Assembly: GCA_022425195.1 (NCBI GenBank)
Contig: JAKMFX010000027.1
Coordinates: 1,511-65,510 of the forward strand
DNA: 64,000 nt
Reading direction: 5' to 3'
DNA from: Flavobacteriales bacterium
GTDB taxonomy: Bacteria; Bacteroidota; Bacteroidia; Flavobacteriales; UBA7430
The position numbers and the translations under genes were made by a program. A model generated the notes under the pieces. The model made no database searches. It saw only the letters and a program-made list of their open reading frames with translations, and had not been told where the DNA came from. Of the stretch, positions 34,507 through 43,186 are shown piece after piece (positions within the stretch are counted from its first letter, which is position 1; each line of letters opens with the position of its first letter).

Positions 34507-34697
34507 TAGGGTTTCCCTTTTATTTACCAAGAGTTTTTGTTTTGATAAAAAACAAGACGCTGCAGCGGAGATTATCAAGCTAGCAATTAAAAATCATCCC
34601 TTTGAAAACAGGGTAAAACGGTGCGCCATATCCGCATTAAATCAATCGTATAATGACCATTTAAAGAAGGGATTTTAATCAGGTTTTTTGGCAATCG

Positions 34698-35132
34698 TTA
34701 ATCGAGGAATAAAAAGGAAGAAATACTAACCGACCAAAGAACGACAGAAATGGACATCACTGCCAAAGCCACGTATTTTTGATTATCGAAAAAACGCGCT
34801 GCCAGAAAAGCACCCACCGGAATCGAGATCAATACCGGAGAGAATATACTCAGCCCAAATAAGCCGTAGTTACGAATTACGTTCACAAAAAATTTATTCT
34901 TCCTCGTGAAAATCTTTTTCTTCTTTTTAATAGGTTTAAAGAAGTTTGGGAAAAAACTAACAATTCTAGTTCCTAGATTATAAAATAAAAATACACCAAA
35001 AACGCCCCCCAATGAGCTGACAAATACCGTAGACAAATAACTAAACCCTAAAGACTTCGCTAAGATAGGCCCAGCAAAAAACTTTACTGAACTCAGAAAA
35101 AAAACACTCAACACTTCGAACCAAAACTCCAT
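34698..35132 (-). CDS. Small integral membrane protein (about 4 TM segments), uncharacterised
   Basis: 144 aa. Hydrophobic segments are separated by a KKKKKIFTRKNK loop. The start lies 8 nt after the stop of the upstream gene. Confidence 0.6.
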   Translation of the reverse strand: MEFWFEVLSVFFLSSVKFFAGPILAKSLGFSYLSTVFVSSLGGVFGVFLFYNLGTRIVSFFPNFFKPIKKKKKIFTRKNKFFVNVIRNYGLFGLSIFSPVLISIPVGAFLAARFFDNQKYVALAVMSISVVLWSVSISSFLFLD

Positions 35133-35140
35133 AAAAGCTC

Positions 35141-36061
35141 TTACTTTAAATATTTTATAACCCCTGGCAAACGATTTATCTTTAGAGATTGATATGCCTG
35201 ATCCTCTGCACCAAAACCGCTGTAAAATCGCATTAGGTTTGGATCATTAGAACCTTCAAAATCAAAAGTAAAAGAACTATTTGCCGATGATCTTATAAAT
35301 TCATCTATCAAAAAAGGCATAGCAGCACGAGCTCTTCCCTCCTGACTGTTTCCCGTAAACAACAACACAATACTCTTTAGACCAAACAACAAAAACATTC
35401 CGGCAACAGGTCTATTCCCCTCATCATAAACCATCCATATCTGTCCGCAATGCTTATATATAGCAACATGCATAACCTGCTCTAAAATTTTATAATCGTT
35501 CGCCGAAAGGTGCTTTAAAGAACTCCCCTTATCCGATTTGAATAATTGAATTAAATTTTGAGGCGCATCGTTCTTAAAAATCTCAAGACCTAATGAATGG
35601 GCTTTTTTCAAATTTCTTCTCAGATTCTTAGAGTAATATGAAATTTGATCTTGATAGGGTTTGTCGAGTTTCAAAACGAAATTGTGATTGCTTTTAAGAT
35701 GAATCCCATCAACTTCTTTTACGGCTGCTTGGTGATTCATATTAAGCTCTACAAAGCGATATTCCTGAGGGATTTTAGCAATGAAATCATTAATTCTACG
35801 CAAGCCCTTGTAGGTTTTCGAAAACAAACCTAACTGCTGCACCCAAAAAGGAGTGTAGGCGTAGGTAAATAGAAACTTTTTTCGAGTGGGCAAAGGGAAG
35901 ACCGCCTCATAATCGTTTAGGATTAATGCATTCCAATGCGCTACAACAATATCTAGATACCAAGAAAAAGCATAGGGCATGGTATTCACGGAGCTCTTGA
36001 TGCACTCGTCCCACTTATCCGTATCAACCTCACTGTGTTTTACAAAACGTATCATAGGCAA
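35141..36061 (-). CDS. FemAB-like / GNAT-fold acyltransferase family protein (uncharacterised)
   Basis: 306 aa. The C-terminal ...NLMRFYSGFGAE resembles the FemAB-family RFKxGFG block. Weak, by-eye assignment. Confidence 0.5.
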   Translation of the reverse strand: MPMIRFVKHSEVDTDKWDECIKSSVNTMPYAFSWYLDIVVAHWNALILNDYEAVFPLPTRKKFLFTYAYTPFWVQQLGLFSKTYKGLRRINDFIAKIPQEYRFVELNMNHQAAVKEVDGIHLKSNHNFVLKLDKPYQDQISYYSKNLRRNLKKAHSLGLEIFKNDAPQNLIQLFKSDKGSSLKHLSANDYKILEQVMHVAIYKHCGQIWMVYDEGNRPVAGMFLLFGLKSIVLLFTGNSQEGRARAAMPFLIDEFIRSSANSSFTFDFEGSNDPNLMRFYSGFGAEDQAYQSLKINRLPGVIKYLK

Positions 36062-37356
36062 GCTTCTTCTAAAGTAAATTCATACACTTGTTTCCATTCT
36101 TTCCAGTGGCGGTTATCGCTGACCGTTTCATTGTGCCACAAACTCATAAAGATGCCATCAACCTCTTTCACCCGATCCATCAAATCTTTAATCAAATACT
36201 GCGCATCATCTACAGGAAGACTCATGTATTCATTGAGTGTGCCATCCATTACCGCAAAAGGTCTTACCCATAATTTGGTCTCAACTTCCATGTCTAAGTC
36301 ATAAAAATAAAAAGGAAGCGAAGTACCTGCCCTAAAACCGACCTCTGAGGCATAACCCATGCTAAAATCCTCAGTAACCCCAACATCAATCAATCTTCGA
36401 TAGGTCGTAGGTAAATCAATTCTTAAAAAATGTTGCCGACTTCGAATTACCTCACGCTTCACGATATGCTCTAAACGCTTTATCTCAGTGAGCAATTTGC
36501 TGGGCTGTGCGTTTGAAGCCCATGAAGGATGGATTCCAACCTTTGCATAATCACTCATAGACTTAACCAAAGATTGAAACTTTTTACTCGTATGCGAAAT
36601 GTTCTTGTCATTGTAACCATAATCAGCGAGCAAAAAGAAATAAATCGATTCAAAGTCGTACTTCTTTTGCAAAGACAACAGATAATCAAAAGTGTCGTAA
36701 GGATCTTTCTCCTTGTTAAGTAGAACCTTAAACCTTTGCATAATATCGTTCAAGTCAAAGTTCAATAGAGCGCGAACCACAGCTCCTGAAGTTCTCAAGA
36801 AACCTTTCTCTAAATAACAAAATGCATTGTCTACATCCACCGTGTTCACAAATTTAAAAGAACGAGGCTTCGGAGTAAATTCAGGGAATTTGTCCTGTAT
36901 AATATGCACCAAATCCTTCACCCAATATTCAATGATGGGTAATCTTAAAAAACCGTTTTGATAGGCCACACTTTCTTTTGCTGGAAATCGCTGAAATCGA
37001 TCCTTGATGTGAGGCAAATACTCCTCGTACCTACTCAACAAGTAAAAGGTCGCAGCAAAAACATCAAAAGGCATGGCTGAATTTTCAGACTGTCCAAAAA
37101 AAACTTTATGCCCATTCCAAGACTTCACCTGAAGATCTTGATTTGATATTCCCTTTTCGAATAAGAGAGGATGAGACCGAAAGAACAATTCACTACCTAA
37201 GGGATTTTTTGAATAAGAAATCTTAACCCCGTCATAAGCAATAAACTCCTCAACTTGATTTGTAAAGCGCACCTCACAAGACAAGAATTGGACAAAAATA
37301 GTTCGAAATACATACTGAACCCGAGCGCTAACTTGATGCGTATAAACTAGAATCAT
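36052..37356 (-). CDS. Polysaccharide-deacetylase-like protein with a conserved Bacteroidota N-terminal domain (uncharacterised)
   Basis: N-terminus MILVYTHQVSARVQYVFRTIF and the HPSW...RQHFLR core resemble, from memory, proteins annotated as polysaccharide deacetylase family. Overlaps both neighbours (10 nt and 4 nt). Confidence 0.5.
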   Translation of the reverse strand: MILVYTHQVSARVQYVFRTIFVQFLSCEVRFTNQVEEFIAYDGVKISYSKNPLGSELFFRSHPLLFEKGISNQDLQVKSWNGHKVFFGQSENSAMPFDVFAATFYLLSRYEEYLPHIKDRFQRFPAKESVAYQNGFLRLPIIEYWVKDLVHIIQDKFPEFTPKPRSFKFVNTVDVDNAFCYLEKGFLRTSGAVVRALLNFDLNDIMQRFKVLLNKEKDPYDTFDYLLSLQKKYDFESIYFFLLADYGYNDKNISHTSKKFQSLVKSMSDYAKVGIHPSWASNAQPSKLLTEIKRLEHIVKREVIRSRQHFLRIDLPTTYRRLIDVGVTEDFSMGYASEVGFRAGTSLPFYFYDLDMEVETKLWVRPFAVMDGTLNEYMSLPVDDAQYLIKDLMDRVKEVDGIFMSLWHNETVSDNRHWKEWKQVYEFTLEEACL

Positions 37357-38483
37357 TGAATTTCTTTTACAATTTTATCACAGATGAACTCTGCACTTTT
37401 TCCGTCACCAAACAATTCAGGGAAATATAATTTTTTTGATATTAATTGTTGATATTTTTTACTCAAATCATCAAAATCTGGAGCAACGAGTAGTGCTACA
37501 CCTTGATCAATGATTTCTACCCATTCTGTTTCAGACCTCAGTATTAAACAGGGCTTTTTAAAGAAGTACGCTTCCTTTTGCACCCCACCTGAATCTGTGA
37601 TAATGAACTCGCAATTCTTTTCTAGAGAAATCATCTCATGAAATGAAACAGGATCCACAACATTTATAAATTTATGATTTCGAAAAGAATTCCACTCACC
37701 CTCTGTTAAAGCATGCATCATGGCTTTTTTGGTTCTTGGGTGAATAGGGAAAATAATGTGTTTCTCAAACGTTTCAGAAAACTCACACAAGCACGAATAA
37801 ATTGCCTTTAATCGATCTGGATCATCTGTATTTGAAGGACGATGAAGCGTGAATAAGGTGTAACTGTCTTGAGCCAAATGACCGGCAGTACCCTCTTTTA
37901 CTTTATCTGAGAAATAGAGCGAATTATCATACATGACATCTCCACACAAATAAACCCCAGGATCGTCTGAATTACATGGTCCATCCCGATGAACAATCCC
38001 TTCTTTTTTCAGATTATCCACAGCGGTTTTACTGGGGCAAAACAACAATGAGGAGCAGTGATCGGTAAGGATACGATTGATCTCCTCCGGCATCTTTTTA
38101 TTGTAGGATCTAAGCCCAGCCTCAACATGTATTAAAGGAATGTTATTTTTTGACGCGACCAATGCACCTGCCAAGGTGGTATTGGTGTCTCCATAAACAA
38201 GAAGGGCTTTTGGATTTTCAAGATCTATAATCTTTTCAAGCTGATGAATTATTTCAGCGGTTTGGTCAGAATGACCTCGGGCCGACAGTTGGAAATGATG
38301 ATTAGGCGTCGGCAAGGTTAATTCTTCAAAAAAAACAGAAGACATGTTTTCGTCGTAATGTTGACCACTGTGTACAATGACTTCCTCCAATCTATCTGAA
38401 AAGGTACCTCGAATTGCACGACTGATAGCCGCCGACTTGATAAATTGTGGACGCGCTCCAATGAGCGTGAGTATTTTTAACAT
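37353..38483 (-). CDS. wecB: UDP-N-acetylglucosamine 2-epimerase (non-hydrolysing)
   Basis: LTLIGARPQFIKS N-terminus, plus YGDTNTTLAGAL and DSGGVQKEA blocks. An alternative upstream ATG is at 38504. Confidence 0.9.
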   Translation of the reverse strand: MLKILTLIGARPQFIKSAAISRAIRGTFSDRLEEVIVHSGQHYDENMSSVFFEELTLPTPNHHFQLSARGHSDQTAEIIHQLEKIIDLENPKALLVYGDTNTTLAGALVASKNNIPLIHVEAGLRSYNKKMPEEINRILTDHCSSLLFCPSKTAVDNLKKEGIVHRDGPCNSDDPGVYLCGDVMYDNSLYFSDKVKEGTAGHLAQDSYTLFTLHRPSNTDDPDRLKAIYSCLCEFSETFEKHIIFPIHPRTKKAMMHALTEGEWNSFRNHKFINVVDPVSFHEMISLEKNCEFIITDSGGVQKEAYFFKKPCLILRSETEWVEIIDQGVALLVAPDFDDLSKKYQQLISKKLYFPELFGDGKSAEFICDKIVKEIQ

Positions 38484-38519
38484 GCCAACCAAAAGTTTAT
38501 ACAAATGTAACGAAAAGCA

Positions 38520-39206
38520 CTACATTCTCCCTTCGTCCGCGAAACTAAAATACGAATGATCGGTGATTATTAGGTGATCTAAAACCTGAATGTCCATACA
38601 TTGAGCCGCTTTCTTTATTTTATTTGTGAGAGACACATCTGCATGGCTTGGAGAGGAAACACCTGAGGGATGATTGTGACAAAGAATGATAGCGGTAGCA
38701 TTCACCTCTAATGCTCGCTTGAGTACAAGCCTTACATCAACAATCGTAGCCGTCATCCCTCCCTCACTGGCTTTTTGCTTCGCAAGCACCTTATTTGCAT
38801 TGTTTAAATAGACAACCCAAAACTGCTCTGTTTGCAAGTCTTCCACAAGGGGCTTCATAAGGGTGAAAACATCGGAACTCATGGTAATCACAGACTTTCC
38901 TTCTGCCTCACTCAAGCGCCGCCTTCTTCCCAGCTCCAGGGCCGAAAGTAATGTAATGGCTTTAGCGTTCCCCACCCCCTTAATGGTTAACAAATCTTTC
39001 ATTTGTAGCTTGGCGAGTAAGGATAAATTATCATCAGCCAAGGCCATTACATCTCTAGCGACAACAAGCGCTGACCTATCTTGAGTTCCAGATCTAATTA
39101 AAATAGCGAGTAATTCTGTATCGCTCAAAGCCAAAGCACCTTTACCTATAAACTTCTCACGAGGGCGATCATTTGCAGACCAATCCTTAATGGTTTTATT
39201 ATACAT
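38520..39206 (-). CDS. radC: RadC-family JAB/MPN domain protein
   Basis: ELLAILIRSG, plus the HNHPSG and SPSHAD JAMM motif. Confidence 0.9.
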   Translation of the reverse strand: MYNKTIKDWSANDRPREKFIGKGALALSDTELLAILIRSGTQDRSALVVARDVMALADDNLSLLAKLQMKDLLTIKGVGNAKAITLLSALELGRRRRLSEAEGKSVITMSSDVFTLMKPLVEDLQTEQFWVVYLNNANKVLAKQKASEGGMTATIVDVRLVLKRALEVNATAIILCHNHPSGVSSPSHADVSLTNKIKKAAQCMDIQVLDHLIITDHSYFSFADEGRM

Positions 39207-39235
39207 AACGAATCATAACATCTTATCATAAAGAT

Positions 39236-39267
39236 AAAAAAAAAGCCTTTCCAAATGGAAAGGCTTT
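39236..39267 (-). terminator. Rho-independent terminator after rpsT
   Basis: Minus strand reads AAAGCCTTTCC-ATTT-GGAAAGGCTTT followed by a T-run. Confidence 0.85.
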
Positions 39268-39289
39268 ATACAGTTATGATGTTTGCGAA

Positions 39290-39541
39290 CTATAGAGACG
39301 CAATTTTCTTAGCTAATTTAGATTTTAGATTTGCCGCTTTGTTTTTGTGGATGGTCCCACGTTTTGCCAGCTTGTCGATTTGGGCAACTAATTTTGGCAC
39401 AGCAGCTAAAGCAGTAGCTTTGTCTTCTTCGGAGCGAACGTCTCTAAGAGCGTTACGCATCGTTTTGTGGTAATACTTGTTGTTAAGAGCTTTCGGCTTA
39501 TCTGAGCGAATTCTTCTTAATGTTGATTTATGGTTAGCCAT
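39290..39541 (-). CDS. rpsT: 30S ribosomal protein S20
   Basis: [15 protein letters not shown]-terminus. 83 aa basic helical protein. Confidence 0.95.
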   Translation of the reverse strand: MANHKSTLRRIRSDKPKALNNKYYHKTMRNALRDVRSEEDKATALAAVPKLVAQIDKLAKRGTIHKNKAANLKSKLAKKIASL

Positions 39542-39566
39542 AATTTTTAGCTTTTTACTTTTTTAG

Positions 39567-39638
39567 TAGTCCGTAGGGGATTCGAACCCCTGTTGCATGG
39601 ATGAAAACCATGAGTCCTAACCCCTAGACGAACGGACC
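39567..39638 (-). tRNA. tRNA-Glu (anticodon TTC), copy 1
   Basis: Minus strand reads GGTCCGTTCGTCTAGGGGTTAGGACTCATGGTTTTCATCCATGCAACAGGGGTTCGAATCCCCTACGGACTA. Acceptor pairing is GGTCCGT/ACGGACT. The anticodon stem is CATGG/CCATG with loop TTTTCAT. The T-arm is AGGGG-TTCGAAT-CCCCT. No CCA is encoded. Confidence 0.92.
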
Positions 39639-39658
39639 TTGATCTTTGTTAAGGGCTG

Positions 39659-39689
39659 CAAATTTAATTAGAAAATTTTAACCCACAAA
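39659..39689 (-). promoter_or_regulatory. Promoter of tRNA-Glu copy 1 (TTTG-N19-TAAATTTG)
   Basis: Minus strand: TTTG at 39689-39686, a 19-nt spacer, then TAAATTTG at 39666-39659. The -7 box ends 20 nt upstream of the mature tRNA 5' end. Confidence 0.55.
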
Positions 39690-39718
39690 GGAAATACAAT
39701 AAAAGAACGTTTCTTTTG

Positions 39719-39790
39719 TAGTCCGTAGGGGATTCGAACCCCTGTTGCATGGATGAAAACCATGAGTCCTAACCCCTAGACGAACGGACC
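39719..39790 (-). tRNA. tRNA-Glu (anticodon TTC), copy 2, identical to copy 1
   Basis: 72/72 nt identical to 39567..39638. The two copies are separated by an 80-nt spacer. Confidence 0.92.
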
Positions 39791-39817
39791 GAAGCCAAGC
39801 TTTTACTTTAGCGAGTG

Positions 39818-39825
39818 CAAATCTA
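39818..39825 (-). promoter_or_regulatory. Candidate -7 box TAGATTTG for tRNA-Glu copy 2
   Basis: Exact TAnnTTTG 27 nt upstream of the tRNA 5' end. TTTC rather than TTTG is found 19 nt further upstream. Confidence 0.45.
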
Positions 39826-40056
39826 ATAAAATTGTAGAATCACAGAAATCTATACAGTGAAAATATTCTATTTTTTTACCGCCAATCGACATATGATAAA
39901 CGAGGCCCCTAATTTTTGAGATTTACTTGCCAAGCATCAACGGAAAATAACTGAAATATTTCTTATGCTTAAATTAAATTATTTATATTATTATTTATAT
40001 ATTTAAGGTAAGAGTTTTATCATTTTAATAATAAAATCGCCAAAAAGTAAAGCAAT

Positions 40057-40563
40057 ATGAATGTATCTGAATGGGAAAAATCATACTGGGAAAGAAGCTC
40101 AAGAAACATGCACCTTTTGTACATGGAAGACACCTACCTATTGGCAAAAACACATTTCTTGAAAGAAAAAAAAAGATGGGAAATATGTTTATACAAAAAG
40201 TATAGTGAAACGCATTTGAGTCCACAAATTCGAATTAAAGACTTTGATCGTGCCAAAAAATTTACCACGATGATTCTCGGAGAGGGGATTATTGACAATC
40301 CAAATTGGCGAGATTATGGCGGGACAACAGCTCATTTGTACGACAGCCTGGACGGAGAATTATTGGCCATGCTTAATTTTGACTTGGAAGTGAAAACTTG
40401 GCACGCTAAAGTACTAAGGAGGCATTACACTAGATGTTTAGACGAGAAAATAGTTGTTGAATGGGTTGATGAGGTAAAAAAAGTAACAAAAGATTTAGTA
40501 AAAGCAGACCCTTATGAATATATGAAAATCTTGGAAAATTTCAATACATCTATGCTCAAGTAG
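40057..40563 (+). CDS. Hypothetical protein (168 aa), no recognisable domain
   Basis: Long ORF with an ATG start. It is preceded by a very AT-rich stretch of about 200 nt. It has no signal peptide or TM segment and is rich in W/K/E. Confidence 0.55.
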   Translation: MNVSEWEKSYWERSSRNMHLLYMEDTYLLAKTHFLKEKKRWEICLYKKYSETHLSPQIRIKDFDRAKKFTTMILGEGIIDNPNWRDYGGTTAHLYDSLDGELLAMLNFDLEVKTWHAKVLRRHYTRCLDEKIVVEWVDEVKKVTKDLVKADPYEYMKILENFNTSMLK

Positions 40564-40644
40564 GCTAAACTTAGACAAAAGTGCTTTGATTAAAACTTAA
40601 AATAAGACGATTAATTCACTAAAGGTTTCTTCAAAGTGAGCTGT

Positions 40645-42120
40645 TTAATAAGCCTTTGCGAACAGTACCCTTCTTTTGGAAGGTGCACCCGTGAGAATAC
40701 ATTTCCCTTTCTCCTCTTTAACATCAAAAGGAATACAACGAATGGTTGCTTTGGTCAGGTCTTTAATTTTATCTTCAGTCGCTTTCGTTCCATCCCAATG
40801 GCAAGAAAGAAATCCTGTCTTAGAATTCAACAATTCTTTGAAAGAATCAAAATCGTCAACTTCAGTGATGTGATCATTTCTGTACTCAAGTGCTTTATTG
40901 TAAAGGTTGGCTTGAATTTCTTCCAACAAGGTAGGGACCTTGTTTTCAACTTGATCCATAGCCATAAACTGCTTTTCCAAGGTATCTCTTCGCGCTACCT
41001 CTACCGTTCCTTTTTCTAGATCTTTAGGACCTATTGCGATACGAACAGGAACACCCTTTAACTCATATTCATTGAATTTCCAACCGGGCTTGTGCGTTGT
41101 TCGATTGTCGTACTTCACACCAATCCCTTTAGCTCTTAATGCCTTGGTGATTGCGTTTGCTTTTTCGTCAATCTGAGCCAATTGCTCATCGTTACGATGA
41201 ATAGGAACAATAACAACCTGCCATGGGGCTAAGTTTGGAGGTAAAACAAGACCATGATCATCAGAGTGCGTCATGACCAAAGCACCCATTAATCGAGTTG
41301 AAACCCCCCATGAAGTCGCCCAAACATGCTCTAGGGCCCCTTCTTTCGATTGAAATTTTACATCAAAAGCTTTGGCGAAATTTTGCCCTAAAAAATGAGA
41401 AGTACCCGCTTGTAAGGCCTTACCATCCTGCATTAAAGCCTCAATACAATAGGTTTCCAAGGCACCCGCAAATCGTTCTGATTCAGACTTCACCCCTTTG
41501 ATCACGGGAATGGCCATAAAATCCTGAACAAAATCGGCATATAAATGACACATTTGTTCCGCTTCATTTAGAGCTTCTTGTTTCGTCGCATGGGCTGTAT
41601 GGCCCTCTTGCCACAAAAACTCAGCCGTTCTCAAAAATAAGCGCGTACGCATCTCCCATCGAACGACATTTGCCCACTGGTTGACCAAGACAGGAAGATC
41701 ACGGTAAGATTGAATCCACTTTCTGTAGGTATCCCAAATGATCGTTTCAGAAGTAGGTCTTACGATCAATTCTTCCTCAAGCTTCGCTTCTTCATCGACT
41801 ATAATCCCATTGCCGTCAGGATCATTCTTTAGCCGGTAGTGAGTTACTACAGCACATTCTTTGGCAAAACCATCTACATGGGAAGCCTCCTTACTAAAAT
41901 AGGATTTTGGGATAAACAAAGGAAAATAAGCGTTTACATGCCCAGTCTCTTTAAACTTTTTATCGAGTTCAGCCTGCATCTTTTCCCAGATCGCATAGCC
42001 GTAAGGCTTAATCACCATACAGCCACGAACACCTGAATTCTCTGCTAAATCGGCCATTACAACCAACTCGTTATACCATTTTGAATAATCTTCCGTTCTA
42101 TTAGTAAGCTTCTTTGCCAT
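40645..42120 (-). CDS. proS: Prolyl-tRNA synthetase (archaeal/eukaryote-like short type)
   Basis: 491 aa. Class II motifs are present, there is no INS editing insertion, and the C-terminus ...RRVLFAKAY ends in Tyr. Confidence 0.93.
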   Translation of the reverse strand: MAKKLTNRTEDYSKWYNELVVMADLAENSGVRGCMVIKPYGYAIWEKMQAELDKKFKETGHVNAYFPLFIPKSYFSKEASHVDGFAKECAVVTHYRLKNDPDGNGIIVDEEAKLEEELIVRPTSETIIWDTYRKWIQSYRDLPVLVNQWANVVRWEMRTRLFLRTAEFLWQEGHTAHATKQEALNEAEQMCHLYADFVQDFMAIPVIKGVKSESERFAGALETYCIEALMQDGKALQAGTSHFLGQNFAKAFDVKFQSKEGALEHVWATSWGVSTRLMGALVMTHSDDHGLVLPPNLAPWQVVIVPIHRNDEQLAQIDEKANAITKALRAKGIGVKYDNRTTHKPGWKFNEYELKGVPVRIAIGPKDLEKGTVEVARRDTLEKQFMAMDQVENKVPTLLEEIQANLYNKALEYRNDHITEVDDFDSFKELLNSKTGFLSCHWDGTKATEDKIKDLTKATIRCIPFDVKEEKGKCILTGAPSKRRVLFAKAY

Positions 42121-42266
42121 TTGTATATTGCGAAGTTTATGGAATAATATTTGCCAATTGTTAGTAAATTAGCCTCGCAAAGCTACTAAATTAAGGGTTA
42201 CAAAAAATCCACACATGGAATAAATCCTTAGGCAAGTAGATCTATTAACTGATAAGGGAATTATTT

Positions 42267-43178
42267 ATGAAAATTATTTCTTGGATTACAACACTATTAA
42301 TTGCCTTCTACATCGCTCCTGCATCTGCACAAGATCATCAGAAATGGTATGCAGATGACATCTACTATGATGTTTCTGAAAAAGAGATCAACTACTTTGA
42401 AATTACTTTTACCAGTTATACAGAAATTGAATCTGAAGAATCACCAAGAGAATCTTTTGAAGATAGAATGTCCTACTCTACTCGAATCAATAGGTTTCAC
42501 AGGAACTACTATGGGTCTTCTCTGAGTTTTAACTATGGATATTTTCACGAACCTTTTCATAATGATCTTTGGGGATATCACAGCTACAGGTACGACCCAT
42601 TTTATGATTACGGATGGAGCTCCATTCATTATGGATGGAATGCTCCGTACTCTAATTATCGATGGCATAGCGCATGGCATTACCCCAATACTTACCACAA
42701 TTGGCACCATCCCTATTATTACGAATACCCCTTCTACGGTCATCATAAAAATGAGCATACAACTAAAAATATACATTATGGTCCAAGAGAGGGGCTTAGT
42801 TCAAATGTACCTGGCAAAAGCAAACCATCTTATACCACTCGGACAAGCAACTCTTCGCGCTTGTCCAACCAAAGTCACCTGAGAAACTCAGAAATGAGAA
42901 TTTCTCAGCAGAGCGATGACTATCGCTATGACACCAGTAAGAGCCATTCAACATCGAATACCAGACCTAACAGGAATAATTATTCAAGTCAGGTAAAACC
43001 CAAGGTGACAAAAAATGTATCTGAATGGCTCAAAAAAGAAATTCGTACAAATACAGATTCACAGGAATCTAACTCTGGAAACTCTCCTGCATATCGACCC
43101 CTAAGGAGCTCCAAATCAAATAATACAGGGAACTCTAGAACAAACAGACCATCATCAAATACTAGAAAACCAAGATAA
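42267..43178 (+). CDS. Secreted low-complexity protein: aromatic/His-rich core plus Ser/Asn/Arg-rich basic tail
   Basis: Signal peptide MKIISWITTLLIAFYIAPASA|QD. In aa 77-160, 43 of 84 residues are Y/W/F/H by my count. The tail is S/N/T/R/K-rich. No domain recognised. Confidence 0.6.
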   Translation: MKIISWITTLLIAFYIAPASAQDHQKWYADDIYYDVSEKEINYFEITFTSYTEIESEESPRESFEDRMSYSTRINRFHRNYYGSSLSFNYGYFHEPFHNDLWGYHSYRYDPFYDYGWSSIHYGWNAPYSNYRWHSAWHYPNTYHNWHHPYYYEYPFYGHHKNEHTTKNIHYGPREGLSSNVPGKSKPSYTTRTSNSSRLSNQSHLRNSEMRISQQSDDYRYDTSKSHSTSNTRPNRNNYSSQVKPKVTKNVSEWLKKEIRTNTDSQESNSGNSPAYRPLRSSKSNNTGNSRTNRPSSNTRKPR

Positions 43179-43186
43179 GTCAAACT

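Noticed and set aside
39567-40563. tRNA-Glu duplication plus the orphan ORF as a genomic island or integrated element.
   Set aside because: Both tRNA copies are full-length and identical, with no partial att-like copy. The orphan gene lies on the 5' side of the tRNAs, not the 3' side. There is no integrase, transposase or flanking direct repeat.
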